A stretch of DNA of 21,748 nucleotides from an uncultured bacterium. Its GTDB lineage: Bacteria > Caldisericota > Caldisericia > B22-G15. The notes under the pieces were generated by a model, which ran no database searches, was not told the DNA's origin, and saw nothing but the letters and a program-made list of their open reading frames with translations. The stretch is taken from positions 1-21,748 of the forward strand of contig CBFDTJ010000019.1 in assembly GCA_965612865.1 (NCBI GenBank), in the 5' to 3' direction. A program made the translations under genes and the position numbers. Position 1 is the stretch's first letter. Every line of letters starts with the position of its first letter. Shown here piece by piece: positions 16,223-21,748 of the stretch.

Positions 16223-17466
16223 TTTCTCACCTGCCCTTCACCGAATATTATGTATTTTGTAGTTGTAAGTTCTTTAAGACCCATAGGACCTCTTGCATGA
16301 AGTTTTTGTGTGGATATTCCTATTTCTGCTCCAAAACCGAACTCAAACCCATCTGTGAATCTCGTTGATGCATTCACATATACACATGAAGAATCCACAG
16401 AAGAGAGAAACTTCATTGCATTGCTGTAATCTTCTGTGATTATAGCATCTGAGTGATGAGTTCCATATTTATTTATGTGCTCTATTGCTTCATCAACATT
16501 TGATACAACCTTTACCGCTATTTTAAGATCAAGATACTCCTTAGTCCAATCTTCTTCTGTGGCTGGTATTGTGTCTTTGTAGATTTCCTGAACTTCTCTA
16601 TCACCTATTATGCTAACTCCCTTCTCTTTTAAAGCATCAAGAATAGGGACAATGTGCGTCTCTTTTACTTTTCTATGAAACAGAACTTTCTCTACCGCAT
16701 TACATACAGAAGGCCGTTGAACCTTTGCATTTACGATTATTCTCTTTGCCATCTCAAGCTTTCCTGTTTCATCTACAAATATATGAACAACTCCCGCTCC
16801 AGTTTCAATTACAGGAACTTTTGCATTTTCCTTAACAAAATTTATAAACTTAGCACTGCCCCTTGGGATTACTACATCAAGGTATTCTGTTAAAGTGAGA
16901 AGTGTAAAAACTGCTTCTCTATTGGTTGTTTCAATCAATTGAATGGAACCTTCAGGAATTCCCACCTTGTATGCAGCCTCTGATAGAATCTTCCATATGA
17001 CGATGTTTGAATTTATTGCCTCACTTCCTCCTCTAAGAATTACGCAGTTTCCACTTTTTAAAGTTAAACCTATAGCATCCGCTGTGACATTGGGTCTTGC
17101 CTCATAAATCATTCCTATTAATCCAATTGGAACTCTCATCTTCATAATTCTTAAGCCGTTTGGTCTTTGCCAGCCTGATACCAGTTCACCTACAGGGTCA
17201 GGAAGAGAAGCTACAACTTTTAAACCTTCAGCAATACCATAAATTCTTTTTTCATTAAGAAGGAGTCTATCAAGTAAAGATTTAGATAATCCCTTATCCT
17301 CACCTCTAATCATGTCTTTTTTGTTTTCCTTTATAATAAGATCTTTTTTCTTTACAAGTTCTTCTGCCATAAAGAGAAGAGCGTTATTTTTCACCTCTGT
17401 CGGAAGGATTGCAACTATATTTTTAACCTCAAATGCTTTCTTTGCCTTTTCAATTACTTCTTTCAT
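16219..17466 (-). CDS. proA: Gamma-glutamyl phosphate reductase
   Basis: LLDRLLL, LPDPVG, IYEARPNVT, LRGGSEA, IPRG, RPSVCNAVE, NASTRFTDG, GAEIGISTQKLHARGPMGL. Confidence 0.98.
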   Translation of the reverse strand: MKEVIEKAKKAFEVKNIVAILPTEVKNNALLFMAEELVKKKDLIIKENKKDMIRGEDKGLSKSLLDRLLLNEKRIYGIAEGLKVVASLPDPVGELVSGWQRPNGLRIMKMRVPIGLIGMIYEARPNVTADAIGLTLKSGNCVILRGGSEAINSNIVIWKILSEAAYKVGIPEGSIQLIETTNREAVFTLLTLTEYLDVVIPRGSAKFINFVKENAKVPVIETGAGVVHIFVDETGKLEMAKRIIVNAKVQRPSVCNAVEKVLFHRKVKETHIVPILDALKEKGVSIIGDREVQEIYKDTIPATEEDWTKEYLDLKIAVKVVSNVDEAIEHINKYGTHHSDAIITEDYSNAMKFLSSVDSSCVYVNASTRFTDGFEFGFGAEIGISTQKLHARGPMGLKELTTTKYIIFGEGQVRK

Positions 17467-17487
17467 ATAGCACCTCTTTTATTCATT

Positions 17488-18702
17488 TTATTTATTTTTA
17501 AGTTCTCTAACAAGAAGAGGGAGAAATTCTCCTACATCTGTAACAATTCCCAGAGTTTGAGCTGATCCTCTATCCATTAGTTTTGTTACCACTGATGGAT
17601 TTATATCTATACATACCGTTTTAACATAAGAAGGGATTAAATTACCAACTGCTATGGAGTGAAGCATGGTTGACATCATAAGAATCAAATCTATATCTCT
17701 TAAGAGTTCCCTCATTTTTCTTTGAGCAACTATTGTATCAGTTATAACCTCAGGCAATGGTCCATCGTCTCTTATACTTCCAGCAAGAACAAAAGGAACA
17801 TGATTCTTTATAAGTTCATACATCACACCACTTTTTAAAACACGAGCTTCAACGGCTTTCTTAATGGATCCAATTTTTCTTATGGTGTTTATGGCTCTTA
17901 AGTGATTTCTGTGTCCATGCTCTGATATTTCCCCTGTTTCTATGTTTATACCAAGGGATGTTCCAAAGAGAGCATACTCTATATCATGTACTGCAATTGC
18001 ATTTCCTCCAAAGAAAGCATCCACAAAACCCAATCTTATCATTTCCGCTAGGAAAATGTGAGCACCTGTATGTACAACTGCAGGACCTACCACAACGCCA
18101 ATCTTTCCATCCCTTTCTTTTATCTTTTTTATCTCCCTTGCTACTGCCCTTATAAGCGTACCCTTTGGTTTCTCTATGGAAACATCGCTGTTCATGAATT
18201 CAAATGGTCCAAGATTTCCTCTTGGCCTTTCTGGTGGTTCAATTCTTATTCCATCAAAGCCTGTAACGACCATTTCTCCTATTTTTAATTCATTTATTGG
18301 TTTTGTTTCCGCTTCTTCCCCCTTAACTACAATTACACAATCCATCTCAGGGTTTTTTACATATATCCATTTTTTGTTAAGCCTTATATAAGTTTTGTGG
18401 TTTGTGGTTGAATAAAAGTTATCTGGAGCAACTCCATCTTTCTCTACAGGTGACAGGTTAACTTCCTTTTCCTCTGTAAGAGTGGCGCCTAATTTCTGTA
18501 ACTCTTCAAGAATATCCTCAAGAAGTTCCCTTTTTTCTGCCATAACAAGAAGCTTTGCATAACTTGGAAGCTCTCTTCTTTTACCTATCTCAAATTCAAG
18601 AATTTCAAATTCGCCCCCCATGTTCATGATAACGTCAAAAATCTTAGGTAGAATCATTGAGTCAATTATATGACCTCTTAGCTCTATCTCCTCTCTCTGC
18701 AT
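17488..18702 (-). CDS. TIGR00300 / LOR-SDH-related protein; ornithine cyclodeaminase of the AgrE(ArgZ) C-terminal / methanococcal type
   Basis: IELRGHIIDS, DGVAPDNFYSTTNH, EMDC, FEFMNSDVS, GPAVVHTG, GNAIAVHDIE, GTSLG, HGHRNHL, LAGSIRDDGPLP, MLHSIAVGN, KLMDRGS. Enzymatic function is inferred from characterised family members. Confidence 0.85.
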   Translation of the reverse strand: MQREEIELRGHIIDSMILPKIFDVIMNMGGEFEILEFEIGKRRELPSYAKLLVMAEKRELLEDILEELQKLGATLTEEKEVNLSPVEKDGVAPDNFYSTTNHKTYIRLNKKWIYVKNPEMDCVIVVKGEEAETKPINELKIGEMVVTGFDGIRIEPPERPRGNLGPFEFMNSDVSIEKPKGTLIRAVAREIKKIKERDGKIGVVVGPAVVHTGAHIFLAEMIRLGFVDAFFGGNAIAVHDIEYALFGTSLGINIETGEISEHGHRNHLRAINTIRKIGSIKKAVEARVLKSGVMYELIKNHVPFVLAGSIRDDGPLPEVITDTIVAQRKMRELLRDIDLILMMSTMLHSIAVGNLIPSYVKTVCIDINPSVVTKLMDRGSAQTLGIVTDVGEFLPLLVRELKNK

Positions 18703-18737
18703 GTGATAATTTTAATTTCTTTTTATGAATAAGTCAA
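18703..18737 (-). promoter_or_regulatory. Leaderless sigma70 promoter of the cyclodeaminase-proA-proC operon
   Basis: TTGACT (18737-18732), 17 nt, TAAAAT (18714-18709), 6 nt, ATG; no SD. Confidence 0.75.
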
Positions 18738-18748
18738 ACCTCAGAAAA

Positions 18749-19747
18749 CTAATCTATTATTCCGCTGTGAAGAAAATTCCATAGTTTATATATAATTTTT
18801 TTATAAGAGAAATCTCTTCTTAAAATTCCAAGTCTTGACTCCCACTCTTCGTCCTCTTCTATGTCTTCCAATCTGTATATAAAAACCTTTTCTATACCAA
18901 GTTCACTGGATTCTTTTAAAGATTTCATAATAAACTCACTCTGTTCTTCCTCAGTGTGTGTAGCTGTAGAACATCCAAGTTCTGTTATCCAGATTTTCTT
19001 GTTTATATTGTATTTTTTAAAGAGCCTTTTAATATATCTAACCTTGTCTTTCAGAGTTTCCTTTTGATTACAATAAATGTGGAAGGATATTACATCAACA
19101 AAATTTCCTCCTCCAAGTTTTAAGAACTCTTCAAGAAAATCTGGATTAAACTTTCCATCACCAGGATCGCTAAGAGCCAATCCCCCCAGAACCACTGTAC
19201 TCTCACTATCTACCTCCTTCAATGTTTTATACGCAGATTCTACAAGTTCTTTATACTCCTCTACGCTTCCTCTCCAGAAAAATTCCGTATCTGGTTCGTT
19301 CCATATCTCCCACATTTTAATTAGACCTTTATATCTAATTGCTATTTTTCTTATGAAGTTTTCCCAATCTTTAATGTCTTTCGGAGGATAATACATATAA
19401 TCATTGCTTTCGAATGGCGATTTATAATCTCCACCTGAAGATGCCCACCAGGGTGTAAAAGCCAAAACATAAAGGATGTCAATATGGCGATTTTTATGTT
19501 GTAATACCAGATTATCAGGTTCCTCCCAGAACCAGTGTTTGTTCCAATATTTTATTTCTATCCCTGCCCATGGAATTCCTGTTCTGCTTAACCTAAAACC
19601 AATTGATCTTGCCATTACTATTTCTTTTTCTGTTACACAATTGGATATTCCTGTCCAATCATTTATATAAATCATTCCTGATGCTAAAAATGTTAATATG
19701 AAAAGAAATATAAGCATAATGAATCTTTTAATTTTCGGTTTCTGCAT
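18749..19747 (-). CDS. Secreted or membrane-anchored clan GH-A glycoside hydrolase (GH39/GH5-like)
   Basis: N-terminal hydrophobic helix, TPWWAS, WEIWNEPD (acid/base Glu), DVISFHIY, IWITELG (nucleophile Glu). Confidence 0.8.
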   Translation of the reverse strand: MQKPKIKRFIMLIFLFILTFLASGMIYINDWTGISNCVTEKEIVMARSIGFRLSRTGIPWAGIEIKYWNKHWFWEEPDNLVLQHKNRHIDILYVLAFTPWWASSGGDYKSPFESNDYMYYPPKDIKDWENFIRKIAIRYKGLIKMWEIWNEPDTEFFWRGSVEEYKELVESAYKTLKEVDSESTVVLGGLALSDPGDGKFNPDFLEEFLKLGGGNFVDVISFHIYCNQKETLKDKVRYIKRLFKKYNINKKIWITELGCSTATHTEEEQSEFIMKSLKESSELGIEKVFIYRLEDIEEDEEWESRLGILRRDFSYKKIIYKLWNFLHSGIID

Positions 19748-19762
19748 GTATTTATTTTATCA
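19748..19762 (-). promoter_or_regulatory. Extended -10, probably leaderless, for the glycoside hydrolase
   Basis: TG-A-TAAAAT (19759-19754), 6 nt, ATG 19747; no SD. Confidence 0.55.
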
Positions 19763-19900
19763 GCTTCTCACCATTACCACACCCTGCCAGATTTAATATC
19801 TATCTTTCTTCCTATCATTGAAAACAAGAAGAAATCTACCAGAAGAGTATCAATAAAACTTAAGTTAGCATCCTCTATTATGATTGATAGAGTAATTTAT

Positions 19901-19954
19901 TTGACAATATTAAACAGTTAAATGTATAATTTTCTTAAAGAAAGGAGAGAGAAA
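19901..19954 (+). promoter_or_regulatory. Consensus sigma70 promoter and SD for rph-rdgB
   Basis: TTGACA (19901-19906), 18 nt, TATAAT (19925-19930); AAGGAG at 19942-19947 ahead of TTG 19955. Confidence 0.8.
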
Positions 19955-20692
19955 TTGGTTAAAAGAAAAGATGGAAGACAACCTGATGAATTGAGAAAGT
20001 TTTCTATAGAAATAGATTTCTTAAAGTATCCTCTTGGTTCAGTTCTTGTTCAGATGGGAGACACTAAGGTTATATGTACTGCCATGGTTGAAGAGAAGGT
20101 GCCGCAATTCTTAAGAAACACAAATATGGGATGGATCACAGCAGAGTATTCACTTCTTCCAGGTTCAACCTATCCAAGAACTATGAGGGATATTGATAAA
20201 GGTAGAATAGAAGGAAGAAGTCAGGAGATTCAGAGGATAATCGGAAGAACTTTAAGGACCTGTGTTGATTTAAAAGGAATTCCTGGAATGACTGTATGGA
20301 TTGATACAGATGTAATACAGGCAGATGGTGGAACAAGGACTGCCGCAATAAATGGAGGGTTTGTTGCTCTCTACCTTGCTCTCTCGAGGATGTTTAAGGG
20401 AGGGAAAATTCCTTATTTTCCCATTAGATACTTCATAGGTGCCGTGAGTGTAGGAATTGTATCTGACGAGATTCTTTTAGATTTGAACTTCAGTGAAGAT
20501 TTTGAGGCACAGGTTGACATGAATATTGTTATGAATGAGCAGAAAAAAATTATAGAGATTCAGGGAACGGGAGAAAAAAGAGAGTTTTCCGTTGAAGAGC
20601 TTTTTAAACTTGTTAAATTTGCATGGAAAGGCATAAATGAAATAATAAATTATGAAAAAGAACTTCTTAAAAACACTATTAGTGGCTACTGA
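19955..20692 (+). CDS. rph: Ribonuclease PH
   Basis: RKDGRQPDELR, GSVLV, GDTKVICTA, GWITAEYSLLP, GRSQEIQRIIGR, QADGGTRTAAING, VDMNIVM, EIQGTGE. TTG start at 19955 is preferred because ATG 19922 sits inside the promoter. Confidence 0.96.
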   Translation: MVKRKDGRQPDELRKFSIEIDFLKYPLGSVLVQMGDTKVICTAMVEEKVPQFLRNTNMGWITAEYSLLPGSTYPRTMRDIDKGRIEGRSQEIQRIIGRTLRTCVDLKGIPGMTVWIDTDVIQADGGTRTAAINGGFVALYLALSRMFKGGKIPYFPIRYFIGAVSVGIVSDEILLDLNFSEDFEAQVDMNIVMNEQKKIIEIQGTGEKREFSVEELFKLVKFAWKGINEIINYEKELLKNTISGY

Positions 20693-21257
20693 GAATCCCC
20701 ACAAGCTAAGAGAGTATATAGGGGTTTCTAAATTGTTTGATTTAAAAGTAAAATTTCTGTCTCTTAAAGACTTCGATGGGTTTTCATTACCAGAAGAAAC
20801 AGGGAAAACATTTCTTGAGAATGCTCTTATCAAGGCAAGATATGCTTTTGAAAAAACAAAAATTCCAACAATTGCAGACGATTCTGGATTAATCATTGAT
20901 TATCTTGGTGGAAAACCAGGTGTTTTTTCAAAAAGATTTGCAGGGGAAGATGGAGATTTTGAAAAGAATATAAAAAAGGTACTGCTACTTCTTGAAAATG
21001 TACCTTTTGAAAAGAGAAAAGCAATGTTTAAGACTGTTATAGTTTATAAGGATAACGATAGAGAAGAGGCTTTTGAGGGGACACTGAATGGTTATATATG
21101 GTTTGAAAAAAGGGGTACAGGAGGGTTTGGGTATGATCCTATATTTTATCTTCCAGAACTTGATAGAACCATAGGGGAACTCACATTTGAAGAGAAGAAC
21201 AAAATTAGTCACAGAAGCAAAGCTTTAAGAAAGCTATTTACTTACCTTTCCAACTAA
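20652..21257 (+). CDS. rdgB: XTP/dITP diphosphatase (HAM1 family)
   Basis: ATENPHKLRE, EETGKTFLENALIKA, ADDSGL, PGVFSKRFAG, GFGYDPIF, KNKISHR; rph-rdgB synteny. Confidence 0.95.
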   Translation: MKKNFLKTLLVATENPHKLREYIGVSKLFDLKVKFLSLKDFDGFSLPEETGKTFLENALIKARYAFEKTKIPTIADDSGLIIDYLGGKPGVFSKRFAGEDGDFEKNIKKVLLLLENVPFEKRKAMFKTVIVYKDNDREEAFEGTLNGYIWFEKRGTGGFGYDPIFYLPELDRTIGELTFEEKNKISHRSKALRKLFTYLSN

Positions 21258-21748
21258 CCTTACAATTCTATTAATCTTTAGTATCTTAAATTTTCTACTC
21301 TCAAGTATGTAAGTAAAATCCCCCTCTACAGCAGGTCTTAGTAACCAATTTCCTCTTTCAAAAGAAAGAGTGGCAAAACTTGATGTACTGTCAAATAACA
21401 CAATAACTCTATCCTTATTTCTTAAAGTTTCTTCCTGAGAGACAAGTATAAAATCTCCTTTTCTTAAATCAAAACTCTTTATCCCTTTTCCCTGATATTT
21501 GAGGAAAAACATATTCTCTTCTGCCCATTTTTGAGGAATGGTTATACTTCCCCCTTCTTCCCAATGAATTGCTTCCTTTTCTGAAATTCTACCCTTTATA
21601 GGTACAGAGACAAGCTTTTCTACAGGTTTTTCTGAAATGTCTATATCTTCAAAAAAGTATATAATTGGTATGTCAAACGCTCTTGCTATACTCTCAAGCA
21701 CTCTCAATGTTGGTTCCTGTCTACCAGTTTCGATAATGTGTATATAAG
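21234..21748 (-). CDS. XRE-family HTH regulator with a degenerate LexA/S24-like C-terminal domain; 5'-truncated at the window edge
   Basis: The frame stays open to the window end: ..YIHIIETGRQEPTLRVLESIARAFDIPIIYFF (XRE tail), then VPIKGRIS and FFLKYQG..LRKGDFILV..LLRPA (S24 fold pattern). Confidence 0.78.
   Translation of the reverse strand, partial: YIHIIETGRQEPTLRVLESIARAFDIPIIYFFEDIDISEKPVEKLVSVPIKGRISEKEAIHWEEGGSITIPQKWAEENMFFLKYQGKGIKSFDLRKGDFILVSQEETLRNKDRVIVLFDSTSSFATLSFERGNWLLRPAVEGDFTYILESRKFKILKINRIVRLVGKVSK

Noticed and set aside
19759..19790. Fluoride riboswitch-like words (GGTAATGGTG...GCTGAT) on the minus strand
   Set aside because: The required pairing and spacing are absent, and the segment is explained by the GH promoter.
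19811..19893. tetO-like words (CTATCATTGA and ATTGATAGAGT)
   Set aside because: Only half-sites with the wrong spacing, and no tetR/tetA; likely chance in AT-rich DNA.
19922..19954. ORF-track ATG start for rph
   Set aside because: It abuts the TATAAT box and has no SD; TTG 19955 has an SD and gives the usual RNase PH N-terminus.
1092..21212. Short antisense or out-of-frame ORFs in the track (e.g. 1700-2041, 8438-8824, 15930-16262, 20477-20896)
   Set aside because: They are shadows of well-supported genes with no recognisable motifs or initiation signals.
21736..21748. ATGTGTATATAAG resembling a second mosaic end at the right edge
   Set aside because: It has an extra TA, lacks the leading AG, is in the wrong orientation for a right-end adapter and reads in frame as the XRE helix (YIHII) on the minus strand.
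1..21748. CRISPR array, tRNA/rRNA, prophage or defence island
   Set aside because: No regular repeat-spacer array, cloverleaf, integrase, phage or defence gene was seen; intergenic gaps are all under about 250 bp.

Overview
Low-GC, gene-dense bacterial chromosomal region, probably from an anaerobic and possibly thermophilic lineage; the taxon cannot be fixed from this window. Bases 1-68 are an untrimmed Illumina Nextera P5/i5 adapter, so the left edge is a contig-end artefact. Left to right: the start of the dcw cluster on the minus strand (SLH protein, mraZ, rsmH, ftsL-like, ftsI, truncated and motif-divergent murE); a divergent operon (Orr-type amino-acid racemase, two short-chain CHR transporters, M3 peptidase); a class I/II aminotransferase; an operon of an uncharacterised 355-aa protein, holB and ricT; rex; a long minus-strand run (TIGR00300-type ornithine cyclodeaminase, proA, proC, yfcE, NrdG-like radical SAM, frameshifted DUF72) with no proB; a clan GH-A glycoside hydrolase; rph-rdgB; and a truncated XRE regulator whose LexA-like domain has lost its catalytic residues. 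No mobile element, CRISPR array, tRNA or rRNA was seen. The best leads are the proB-less cyclodeaminase-proA-proC operon, the orphan gene ahead of holB, recurrent leaderless promoters, and the racemase next to a non-canonical MurE. Family calls come from motif recognition only; no database searches were run.
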